A DNA stretch of 64,000 nucleotides from the NCBI GenBank assembly GCA_002269645.1, contig NIVC01001242.1:124001-188000 (forward strand), given 5' to 3'. Position numbers and translations under genes: made by a program. The first letter of the stretch is position 1, and each line of letters starts with the position of its first letter. The notes below the pieces were generated by a model that saw only the letters and a program-made list of their open reading frames with translations, was not told the origin of the DNA and did no database searches. This document shows, in pieces, positions 24,080 to 35,305 of the stretch. The DNA is from Macrostomum lignano (lineage: Eukaryota).

Positions 24080-27000
24080 TCATGAAATCGGAGCATCATA
24101 GGTATTATCAGGTTGCTGGCCATCATGAAATGCGACATCGCCAGGTGCGACAGCTTCATCAGGTACCTAATTGAGTATTTTAATTTGGGTATGCAAAATG
24201 TTCAGCTGGTTGTATAAATTTCAGGCTTCTGTGAGATGATGGATGCATTCTGTGAGATGATGGATGGGATCTGTGAGATTGTGGATGGATTCTGTGAGAT
24301 GGCGGATAGATTCTGTGAGATCGGGGATCGATTCTGTGAGATGATGGATGAATTCTGTGAGATGGGGGATCGATTCTGTGAGATGATGGATGAATTCTGT
24401 GAGATGATGAATGAATTCTGTGAGATGATGGATGAACTCTGTGAGATGGGGGGTCAATTCTGTGAGATGGGGATCGATTCTGTGAGATGATGGATGAATT
24501 CTGTGAGATAGGGGATCGATTCTGTGAGATGATGGATAACTTCTGTGAGATGATGGATGAATTCTGTGAGATGATGGATTCTGTGAGATGATGGATTCTG
24601 TGGGATGGTATATGGATTCTGTGTTTTCTTGAGTAAATCTATAAGTACATATATCCTAATAATTTAAGTGCAATGCACCTGCTCCAACGATTGATCCTCG
24701 GACAGATCGATGCCCTCATCGGTCGGAGTGGGTGGCAGGGCTCGACCAGCATTGGCTCCCTGGTAAAACATTAAATTTCCGTTTTTAAAAAATAATCATG
24801 TTTTATTGGTTCTTGACGTTAACATTGATTAAAACAAACTTTTGTTCATTACTTTTCAATCAAATCGGCAATGAACAGGTTTTTAATTTGTTTTATTTTT
24901 TTTCGTGATATACAAGATTTGATTGTTCTTTAGAACGAAAAACTTTAAGAAATGATTTGTAAACTTTTAATTTTAGATAAATTTACGAGTAGATAAATAG
25001 AACTTAAAGATCTTGTATATAGGTAAATATAAATTCCATACATGCAAGAGAGCTTGACTAAAGTGACCATTGGCACATTTTAACAAAAAAGTAAACTTGT
25101 TGATTTAAAATCCAGAACACAATTTCACACTTACTAAACAAACGTAGCTAAGAGAACCGGGCAAACCAGTATCCTGACTACCGTCCGCCTCGAGTGGATT
25201 TTCGTAAGTGTACACCTAAATTTGAAGAAAAAATATGCCAAGTTAGTTTTCTACTGCAACTACACATCGCGTGAAGTTATTAGTCTTATTACACAATTAA
25301 AGAAACTTACCGCGCTAGAGTCTCTTTGATCAGCGACAAGGTAGCCACTGCTAGGACGCAGCTCTACATTTGCGTCTGCATGAGGCACCGGCTGACTTCC
25401 ATTGGATTCGCTGTCAGAGGCAGCGCTTTGAGAAGTTGGACGACAATTCAGCTTCTTTTTTAAATAAACTGCTAGTAAAGATGCTGGAATGAAGTCATCG
25501 ATAAATGGGTGTCTTATTTGGGGCATGTTGGGGTTCTGTGGGATGATGGATGGGTTCTGTCAGATGGTGGATGGATTCTGTGAGATGATGGATGGGTTCT
25601 GTCAGATGGTGGATGGATTCTGTGAGATGGTGGATGGGTTCTGTCAGATGGTGGATGGGTTCTGTGAGATGATTGATGGATTCTGTCAGATGATGGATAG
25701 ATCCTGTGAGATGATGGATGGATTCTGTGAGATGGTGGATGGGTTCTGTGAGATGGTGGATGGGTTCTGTGAGATGGTGGATGGGTTCTGTGAGATGGTG
25801 GATGGGTTCTGTGAGATGGTGGATGGGTTCTGTGAGATGGTGGATGGGTTCTGTGAGATAGTGGATGGGTTCTGTGAGATGGTGGATGAGTTCTGTGAGA
25901 TGATGGATTGGGTCTTTGAAATAATAGATAGGTTCGGTGACATGGTGAATGATGTGATGATAATGAGTTTTTTCAGCACATGTATCTTTTCTACCCCTCA
26001 CCGATAGCAATCAAGATGACAACAACAAGCGCGGCGCCAACCGCAACAACAATAGCTGTGGGAAAATCAGCAGGTGACGCATCCTTGACGGAACACTCTT
26101 TGCCAAGAAATCCAGCAGGACAGTCGCATTTGAAGTCGTTCCAAAGAGCCACACATTGGCCACCATTTAAGCAGACATTGGAAGGAGTTTTCTGGCAAAC
26201 CACGTCGCCATGACAACCAGTCAGGATTGAAGACGCAGCCATCCAATTAAATCCCGAATAACCGCTTGGCAGGGAGCGATTGACGAGTGGCACCAAGTAA
26301 CCGTTGAGTCGCAAGTTGTCAAGGCAACCCTTGAATCCGGGGCCCCCAGCTGTAACCGTAGCAGAATAATCCAGGATCAAACCAGCTGGAATCGGCGTTG
26401 TGTCTGCCAACACCCGGAAATCGCTAGCATTGGTCGACACACCAGCGGTCAAAAAGCCACCCTCAGCACAACTAATACTGAAGTTAAATGGTAAACCTGT
26501 TGCTATGGAAACCGCCACCAATACTGTCCGGTCGTTAAGAGAGACTTTAAAGTGTCCGGACTCGCAACCAACTGACAGCTGATGACTGCCGCTGAGCACG
26601 GTCAGTAGATGGCAGTCTGACTGACGAGTGCGGGCCCAGCCGGTAACCGCAGTCAGAGTTTCGTTGAGACCAGTCACCGATAATGCAATCTGGCTGCTTG
26701 ATGGCGATATCAGAGAGCTGCCGAATGTTGCAGCTGTGCGGCCTGAGTTTCAGAGGAAATTTAGCCACATGTCAAAATAGAAATACAAGAGAGTGCTACT
26801 AAAAGTAGTCTATAACTCACACTCAAATCCGCCAGAGTCCAATTGTACGCACTTCGTTCCGTTAGGGCAGTATTGGTCAGCAAAATAACAATGGTCTTTC
26901 ATTGTACAATTGGGTCCGAACCATCCCTCAGTGCAGTTGCACCTGTGAAAACAGTTACACGGCAAGAAGATTTTAATTTATCGCCAACTGGTCAAGAAAC

Positions 27001-30000
27001 AGCTATCTACAACTCACGTATAGGAATTGTAGAAAGCATTAGTGCAAACAGCTCCGTTCTTGCAAGGCAAGAATGTCTGGCAAGCATTCTCCGTAGATAC
27101 GCCAGTGAGCACTGATGAGTAGCTAGCTGAGACAGCCTCTGGCAAGCTGTCAATCAAGCTGGAGGTTACAGGACCGAGAATCAGTGGCCGGTCACCGTTC
27201 AGTCTCGCAGATCCAACGATGCCACGAAACGCGGTGATGTTGTCTGGCAACAGAGATGCGACGCCGCTAGGAAGACTCGGCGCTGATCTCTTTGACCGAG
27301 AGACACCAGCCGAAGAATCAACAAGCGACGGAGCCGGGGCTGCCCGAAGACCGCTGAAGCCGCCGATGATGAGCTGGCCTGACAGCTGCGGCAGCGGACT
27401 CGCACTGCTCAGCGATGCCGACCTGACTGAAGATGACACTGACAGCGACAGCGAGCGACCCGATATCGACACGGAGATCTTCACGGAGACGAAGCTGCCG
27501 GTGGCCACCGAGTCTGAGGACGTCAGCGCTGCGATGAGGGACCCGTTGCTATGCAGTAACTGGGCGGACAGACGGCCATCGTGAACGATCTGAAAAGATG
27601 CAAACAAAACTGAAAACATTTGAAAAATAATTAAAACACATCAATAAAGACACTGACCCTAGCGAGCAGTCTCAGAGTGGTCGCCGAGTCGCTCGGGTCG
27701 CCCAGCAGCAGCAGAAACGCTCCTCGAGACAAAGTCACCAGCCTCAGCTCAATCGTCCACGAGTTATTAGCAGTGAAATTCGAGTCAGCAGGATTTAGGG
27801 ACGAAAAACTGGCTGATGAAGCGTTGCCATCCAGACCAAACGCAAAATCGGGAAGCTGGACCGAACAGTTGCGTCCAGCAAAGCTCCGCTCCAGGCTGCA
27901 CACGCACCGGTAGTCGTGAAGGGGAGTCGGGAACTCCTGCACAAGAATCGGCTCGCACGTGGCGCCGTTCTGGCACCAGTTGGAGTCGCAGCCGGTGAGG
28001 CTCACCGAGCACTTCCTGCCGCCCAGTCCGGCAGGGCAGTTCGCGCACTCGAAGTCCGCCAGCCGGTCGATGCAGGTCGCTCCGCTGGGACACGGCGGGG
28101 GCAGCGACCGACACTCGTCGATCTCTCGGCTGCAGTTTGAGCCCTCGTAGCCGGGCAGGCAGTGGCAGGTGAATGAGGCCAGGCCGTCCGTGCAGCTCGA
28201 CGCGTGAACGCACACGCTGCGGTTGGTGGCCGGATCCAGACAGTCGTTCGGGTTGATCTCGCAGTGGGTTCCATAGGCACCTGCACGAGAACTCGTAGAT
28301 GTATTTTACGTGTAAAATGCTTCTAGAACAATTCCAGATAAGGAAAGCAAATCAAAACAGTACCAGACGGGCACCAGCAGATGTAGCCGGCAGCCATCGA
28401 ATAGTTAAAGGTGCCATTGAACGGTGGCGGGTAACCAGCCAGTCCGTAGTACTTCTGGTTGCTGATCTCCAGACAACGACCCTCGTTTTTACACAGGTGC
28501 GGCGTGCAGTCCTCGTAGTCTATAGAGCAGTCTGGGCCGGAGAATCCATCGTAGCAGTTGCAGGTGTAATTTCTGAACCCGTCGATGCAGACCGCCCCGT
28601 TCTGGCACCGATTCGGCATGCAGTCGTCAATGCGGTTCTGGCAATTCGCGCCGTAAAAGTCCGTAGTGGAACAGTTGCAGGTGTAACTTCTCAAGCCGTC
28701 GGTGCATTTGCCACCATTTTGGCATGGGTTCGGTTGGCAATCGTTGATCCACGAGTTGCAATTTGTACCTTCGTAATCTGTGTCTTGACAATAGCACGTG
28801 TACCTGAGTAAGGGTAATTATTTACATGTATTTAACGATACTGATTGTCTTTTGTGCTGTATGTAAGCTGCATTGGAGTTGAACCAATGTCCTATGTTTT
28901 AGCTACTTCTCAATTAAAAAAGAAGCATATTCTTACTTGCATGCCAAGTGTATGCTTACAGTGTAACTCTTATGAACCATAACTACATTGTTAAAAGCAG
29001 GGCTCGCCACCGGGAGGACAAGGAGATGTCCCCGCCCAGTAAAAGCTATGTGGGGTCATGACAATGCTTTGTCCCCTTGTACCCCACGTGTCCCCACCCC
29101 ATCTTAATTGTGACCCGTTGTGGAAAGCAATAATTTTGTTTCAAAATGCTAAATATAGCACCTGTGGCGCTAAAATGAGTGTCTGCGGCGCTAAAATGAG
29201 TGCCTGTAGCGCTAAAATGAGTGTCTGCGGCGCTAAAATGAGTGCCTGTGGCGCTAAAATGAGCGCTGAAAACAGACTCAAAATAATGTACATACAGGAA
29301 TTTAGTCATGTACATGTACATTTAAAATTCTTGCTTTGTCCCCCCACCATAAAATCCATGGCGACGCCCCTGGTTAAAAGCGTTTAGACTTGATTAGAGT
29401 TGTGTTTAGTTGAGCTTGTTTGTGTTACATGCAGATTTATTTGATCGTGTAGATCCATGTAAATGTACACGCATTTTTTAGTTTTAATTGTTTTATTAAT
29501 TGGTTATACATGTACTCTATAGATGTAAGTGTAGTTAAGAAGAAACACAACTTCAAAAGTTATTAAAACACAAAAGACCAATCTTTTAGCTGTGTGAACA
29601 AACAACATTGGTGAATTTTGATTGATTGTTATGTAAATTTTCTATGTAAATTATGTAAATTATGTAAACAAACACTTTACATGTATATTTTAGTGTGTTA
29701 TTCTTGAATGCACACATTTTTTGCCACTTGGTCATGTTTAGAAGCGATGGTTAAGAGACTCTAAGCTATCGATTGTTTAGTTGCCAAGGCATTAGCAATT
29801 ATCTGCAATCTTGCTAGAGATGATCAACACTGTGCTCAAGCTGCAGGACTCACGTCGTCTCTCCACTGCTACACAAGCCGCCATTTTGACACGGCTTCGA
29901 TTGGCAATAGTCCACGCTAGATGCGGCTCGCCGCGATGCAGTCAGCTGCAGTTCTAAGCCCTGGCAACTGCCCAGCAACCAGCAGCAGTGGAAATAGTAA

Positions 30001-30050
30001 ACAAATAATATACTTTTGACAACCATAACTATCTGTAGACATTGTGCCAT
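24080..30050 (-). CDS. Gene E: Crumbs-like type I membrane protein (SP, 7 EGF, LamG, 2 EGF, LamG, EGF, TM, tail), about 1011 aa
   Basis: 9 exons: 30050-29854, 28803-28364, 28280-27658, 27589-27018, 26942-26821, 26742-26002, 25483-25311, 24759-24679, 24166-24080. All are GT-AG and phase-consistent (3036 nt). It has the Crumbs-type EGF (CLEISNQKYYG...FNYSMAAGYICWC) and two LamG domains, but the tail lacks the Crumbs FERM/ERLI motifs. Confidence 0.85.
24225..24620. repeat. 21-bp minisatellite TCTGTGAGATGATGGATGAAT in the last intron of gene E
   Basis: Tandem units, related to 11612-12135. Confidence 0.95.
25520..25915. repeat. 21-bp minisatellite TCTGTGAGATGGTGGATGGGT in gene E intron 6
   Basis: About 18 tandem units. 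Confidence 0.95.
28998..29372. mobile_element. hAT-like MITE with 8-bp TSD, carrying an internal 21-bp minisatellite
   Basis: GTTAAAAG at 28990-28997 and 29373-29380. The imperfect TIRs are CAGGGCTCGCCA and (reverse complement) CAGGGGCGTCGCCA. The internal unit is GCTAAAATGAGTGTCTGCGGC. Confidence 0.85.
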
Positions 30051-30553
30051 TGTGCCGTCTGAAGTATAAATTTGACAACTCAACAAATGCAAAAATGGTA
30101 AAACTCTGCAAACTCAAAAATTTAAATCAAAACAGCCAAAGTTCAACTAGTGCAACAAATTTGAAATTAATAATCATGAAAAAACCATACTTTACTTAAC
30201 TAAAAAGTTACTATATAAAAAGCATAAGTCCGTATTTATTGTCAATTGGTATTTTAATAAACGATATATATATATACTAAATGTCTAATTAAAAATTTCT
30301 TCAAGCAAAGTTAATTAGTGCGCAATATCTATTGTAGAATTTCTTGATAGAATTATATTTTGACATGATTAATTGAATAGATATAAAAAGAGAGAATGCT
30401 AGAGATTAAATAGAGCATAGTTAGAACACGCAAGTTACTAAAAAAATTATGAAGCAGATGCACTACAGATGTACTAAAATCATAGCAAGGAGAAAACTTG
30501 CAGTAGAATTTTCTTAGAAATGAACTAAGCTAAGTAAAGTGTGCTCTTATAGT

Positions 30554-30725
30554 GGGGTTGTAGCCCAGTGGTCAGAGCGTCGGACGCAAGACTGAAAGGT
30601 CGGAGGTTCGATTCTCGACCCACTTTGGAACAATGTGTCTTTGAGCAAGACACTTAACTCTGCGTTGCTTCAGTTCACTTAGTTCATATGCGCCGCGCTA
30701 TAGCTGCGGCTGAGCTGTTGGTTAA
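30554..30725 (+). mobile_element. tRNA-derived CORE-type SINE, internally deleted copy
   Basis: A box TAGCCCAGTGG and B box GGTTCGATTC, followed by GTGTCTTTGAGCAAGACACTTAACTC (MIR/CORE-like) and the family 3' segment. Confidence 0.8.
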
Positions 30726-30847
30726 TTAAACCAGTTTGACCATCTACTAGAGCAGATCGAGGTTGGCAAACTTCGGACGGGGAAGCCTCTCTATCCGGCC
30801 CTCGGGTCTTTTGAAACTTCGCAATAGCAATCCGGCCCACTCAATGT

Positions 30848-31295
30848 TTGTCTCTTTTCTCTCCTCTCTCCTATCCCCTCTCCCCCTACTCCCCTCTCTC
30901 TTCACTCCCCTCTCCTTTCTCCTCTCCCTCGCTCTTCTCTCTCCTCTATCCTCTCTCTCCACTCTCATCTCTCCTCTCTTCCCACTCCCCTCTTTCCTCT
31001 CTCCTTTCTCCCCAATCCCCTCTCTCTTCTTCCCCTATCTCTTCTCTCCCCTCTATCCTCTCTCTCCACTCTCATCTCTCCTCTCTTCCCACTTCCCTCC
31101 CTCTTCTCCTCCTCTCTCCTCTTACTCCTCTCTCTCCTCTATCTCCCCTCTTTCTCGCTCTTCTCTCCCCTCTCTCCTCTCTCTTCTCCCCCCTCTCTCC
31201 TCTGTCCCCTCTTTTCTCTCCCTTCTTTCGTCTGTCTCCTCTTCTCATCTTGTCTTGTTTCTTATCTCTTCTATTCCCCCTCCTTTTCTCACTCA
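30848..31295. repeat. CT-rich low-complexity tract
   Basis: Almost exclusively C and T on the + strand. Confidence 0.9.
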
Positions 31296-31471
31296 TCTAG
31301 CCTGCAGCCATGAGCTAAATTCTACATCCGCCCCTTGAGGTAAAAAAGTCTGCCGAGCCCTGTACTATAGAAATCGGACTTCTCTCAACCCAATTAGTCT
31401 ATGGAAAATCCTCATATACATTTCCTACTACTACATGCAGATAACAGGAATGCGAGCAGAATTCTGTCAAG

Positions 31472-32515
31472 TCAATCAGACTTTTTATCAGTAGCAGCGG
31501 CAGCCCGTTTGCCATCTCGCACCAGCTGGTACAGCGACTTGAGATAGACCAAACCGATGACACGGAACAGGCCACCCAAACCGCACTGGGCCATGGTATC
31601 CAACCAGCCAGTAGGCGGACTGAACCCTGCAGTCAGACAGCCAACCAGCCAACCATCCGAGCCGAAGCAGCTCAAAAACCTGCCATCAATCAAATCTTTA
31701 ACCAACTGCTCAGCAATCTGATCGGCAGAATACAGCGAGATATTGGCACTAATGCTAGCAGTGATAGCCGGCTTGCTGGCGTTCTCAGTCTGATAGCCGG
31801 GCGTGTCCGTGTCCGGTGGGAACGCCAGCACCAGTCTCACTTGGCTGCCTGCCAGCTCCATCTGAAGGGCTTCGGCCAGGCCGCGGAGAGCGAACTTGGC
31901 AGCCCCGTAGCCGGTGTAGCCGTAGACACCCAGCTGACCAGCCACACTGGACAGGAAGGCAATTCTAGCGGGCTGGCCTGATGCCAACAGCCTGGGCAGC
32001 AGGCAGTGAGTCAGCCGCATTGCAGCAGTATAATTAGTAGCCATCTGACTCTCGTGCTGAGCCAGACTCAGCTGTTCAAATTCTAACGGCAAAGCGTAGC
32101 CGGCGCAGTTGACAACGCCTAGCAACGGTTGCGTCACGGTTGCTAAGTGACTGTCAAGATCAGCTTGAAGCTTATCCGGATCGCCAGTTAAATCAATTGA
32201 TAACAGATAGATAGCAGCCTCGGATTCGCTCAGTTCAGGCGAATCGGCTAGCAATTCGGCCTTGGCAACCGCTAACTTCTTGGCGTCCCTAGCAACAATA
32301 GTCAGATGAGCTCCCAGACGGCGCAGACGCCGGCACAGAGCAAAACCAATTCCGCTAGAGCCACCCGACACCACAAAATGACCTCCGCGAGGATTCAACT
32401 TGTTGCTAGGGAGAATTCGGTTGAGAACTAGCCAGTAGCACAGGCTGAACAGAAGGCTGGCGGCTCCTAAGGCAGCCGCCACAATGCCTGACCAATAGCA
32501 GAGGGAGCAGTCCAT
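31472..32515 (-). CDS. KDSR: 3-ketodihydrosphingosine reductase (SDR family), single coding exon, 347 aa
   Basis: N-terminal hydrophobic anchor, Rossmann motif SGGSSGIG, VNCAG, SSVAGQLGVYGYTGYGAAKFALRGLAE (YxxxK) and the FPPDTDTPG motif typical of KDSR/FVT1. Confidence 0.92.
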   Translation of the reverse strand: MDCSLCYWSGIVAAALGAASLLFSLCYWLVLNRILPSNKLNPRGGHFVVSGGSSGIGFALCRRLRRLGAHLTIVARDAKKLAVAKAELLADSPELSESEAAIYLLSIDLTGDPDKLQADLDSHLATVTQPLLGVVNCAGYALPLEFEQLSLAQHESQMATNYTAAMRLTHCLLPRLLASGQPARIAFLSSVAGQLGVYGYTGYGAAKFALRGLAEALQMELAGSQVRLVLAFPPDTDTPGYQTENASKPAITASISANISLYSADQIAEQLVKDLIDGRFLSCFGSDGWLVGCLTAGFSPPTGWLDTMAQCGLGGLFRVIGLVYLKSLYQLVRDGKRAAAATDKKSD

Positions 32516-32611
32516 GAATATTAACGGTTTTGTCCTTTTTAGGGAGCTTTCTTACAAATATAAAGTACCTGAAATTAGGGCTAAAACATTTAAACTCTAA
32601 TTTGTGGCTTA

Positions 32612-33310
32612 CGGGGGAATTGATGAGATGCCAAAACGCTTAAGGGGGAATTTTGGAGATGTCAAACGCTTGAAGGGGAATTGCTGAGATGCTAAAGGCT
32701 TAATTAAAGGGGAATGGCTAAGATGCCAAAGGCTAACGGGGGAATTGCTGAGATGCCAAAGGCTAACGGGGAATTTTGGAGATGTCAAACGCTTGAAGGG
32801 GAATTGCTGAGATGCTAAAGGCTTAATTAAAGGGGAATGGCTAAGATGCCAAAGGCTAACGGGGGAATTGCTGAGATGCCAAAGGCTAACTGGGGGAATT
32901 GCTGAGATGCCAAAGGCTAACGGGGGAATTGCTGAGATGCCAAAGGCTAACTGGGGGAATTGCTGAGATGCCAAAGGCTAACGGGGGAATTGCTGAGATT
33001 CCAAAGGCTAACTGGGGGAATTGCTGAGATGCCAAAGGCTAACTGGGGGAATTGCTGAGATGCCAAAGGCTAACTGGGGGAATTGCTCAGATGCCAAAGG
33101 CTAACTGGGGGAATTGCTCAGATGCCAAAGGCTAACTGGGGGGATTGCTGAGATGCCAAAGGATAACTGGGGGAATTGCTCAGATGCCAAAGGCTAACTG
33201 GGGGAATTGCTGAGATGCCAAAGGCTAACTGGGGGAATTGCTGAGATGCCAAAGGCTAACTGGGGGAATTGCTGAGATTCCAAAGGCTTAAATGGGAATT
33301 TCTGAGATGC
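32612..33310. repeat. ~31-bp minisatellite GGGGGAATTGCTGAGATGCCAAAGGCTAACT
   Basis: Tandem units between ALG2 and KDSR. Confidence 0.95.
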
Positions 33311-34204
33311 TTACATAGTTTAACCGTTAATTCATAAATTATATTTAAGATTATTATAACACTACTTAAACAACTAAGCGTAAGTAGCATATGAAAGCAA
33401 ATCTTATATATTTCAAGAAAAAACTTTCAGAAAAACTTGACAAACTAATCTAAATTGTTTACTAATAAAACATTCGTGAGACTAATAAAAAAGATTGAAA
33501 AAAATGCATGTAGACTCAGATGAATTCAACCCAAATACCAAGCAGGCTTGCAGCCCTAGTGTCATAGTAAATACATTTATATTTGAAAAAAAAACTCAAT
33601 TTTTCTGTCACAATAGATTTGTAACACTCGCAGTCAAGATAAATATGCTTGCTATTAATTTGATAGGCTGGTGTTGGCTTCAAGCAAAACAAAATTGGGA
33701 TCTCTGCTTCTAGAGGCGATATGTATCGATTTTATATTAGATTTTCTCCGCTGGCAATTAAAAAGCTTCAAACACAATTAATACAGTTGAGTCTACACTG
33801 AACTTGAAGAACATAAGCTTTGAGCTGGAGAATAATACGGTACTAAGATTGAAAAGAGTAGGATTCTAAAAATAGATTGAGAAACGGAGACAGAGTGAGA
33901 GAGCAGAAAAAAAAAACATAATTATGTTTATTCATCATTAAGTGTCGCGCAAAGCAGAAATAGCCGTAGCATCCGGGATTCTACTAGGTATATATTGTAC
34001 GCTTGTAAACATCTTCTGTTGAATTATGCATGCCATACATTATTTATAAAGCTCAACTAAAGCACGAATAAGTATAAATGGATAATATCTGTTACAATCT
34101 GTGGTTAGCAATGATGTTACCGTCTACATGTATAAGCGTTATGGTGATGCAAAAGTTTAAAACTAATAAATTTAGTTATCGGGTTGCAATTAACACATTG
34201 GAGA

Positions 34205-35110
34205 GAGTTCAAGGACTCTTATAAGTGTTTAGATTGGGAGTCTAAGGACTCTTATAAGTGTTTAGATTGGGAGTCTAAGGACTCTTATAAGTATTTAGAT
34301 TGGGAGTCTAAGGACTCTTATAAGTGTTTAGATTGGGAGTCTAAGGACTCTTATAAGTGTTTAGATTGGGAGTCTAAGGACTCTTATAAGTGTTTAGATT
34401 GGGAGTCTAAGGACTCTTATAAGTGTTTAGATTGGGAGTCTAAGGACTCTTATAAGTGTTTAGATTGGGAGTCTAAGGACTCTTATAAGTGTTTAGATTG
34501 GGAGTCTAAGGACTCTTATAAGTGTTTAGATTGGGAGTCTAAGGACTCTTATAAGTGTTTAGATTGGGAGTCTAAGGACTCTTATAAGTGTTTAGATTGG
34601 GAGTCTAAGGACTCTTATAAGTGTTTAGATTGGGAGTCTAAGGACTCTTATAAGTGTTTAGATTGGGAGTCTAAGGACTCTTATAAGTGTTTAGATTGGG
34701 AGTCTAAGGACTCTTATAAGTATTTAGATTGGGAGTCTAAGGACTCTTATAAGTGTTTAGATTGGGAGTCTAAGGACTCTTATAAGTGTTTAGATTGGGA
34801 GTCTAAGGACTCTTATAAGTGTTTAGATTGGGAGTCTAAGGACTCTTATAAGTGTTTAGATTGGGAGTCTAAGGACTCTTATAAGTATTTAGATTGGGAG
34901 TCTAAGGACTCTTATAAGTATTTAGATTGGGAGTCTAAGGACTCTTATAAGTGTTTAGATTGGGAGTCTAAGGACTCTTATAAGTATTTAGATTGGGAGT
35001 CTAAGGACTCTTATAAGTTTTTAGATCGAAGAGCTTAAGGACTCTTAAATAGTGTTTAGATTGGAGAGTTTAAGGACACTTTATAGTGTTTAGACTGGGG
35101 AGTTCAAGGA
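34205..35110. repeat. Highly homogeneous 33-bp minisatellite AAGGACTCTTATAAGT(G/A)TTTAGATTGGGAGTCT
   Basis: About 25 near-identical units with no spacers. Confidence 0.97.
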
Positions 35111-35305
35111 CTCCTAAATAATGTTTAGATTGTGGGTTTTAAGGACTCAAATGTCATAAATTTCGGATTTAAAAAGTCAGCAAAAGTTTAGAACAGAAGC
35201 AATTTCTTTAACCATGATTTCAGTAGCTAATGACTAATTTAAATCAAATATTGACGCAATAAAAATCTTCAAGCAGACACAAAAGTCCTGACTTGATGTA
35301 AATTT

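Noticed and set aside
24080-30050. Calling gene E (or D) the canonical crumbs or Notch orthologue
   Set aside because: There is no ERLI/FERM-binding tail, fewer LamG domains than typical Crumbs, and no LNR or ankyrin repeats, so the gene symbol is left empty.
30554-30630. tRNA gene
   Set aside because: It has A/B boxes but continues into the CORE-like SINE body shared with four other copies, and I cannot fold a convincing acceptor stem.
34184-35038. 284-aa ORF (DSYKCLDWESK)n, or a CRISPR-like array
   Set aside because: Contiguous 33-bp units with no unique spacers and no cas genes in a eukaryotic context. The ORF is a by-product of a stop-free unit whose length is divisible by 3.
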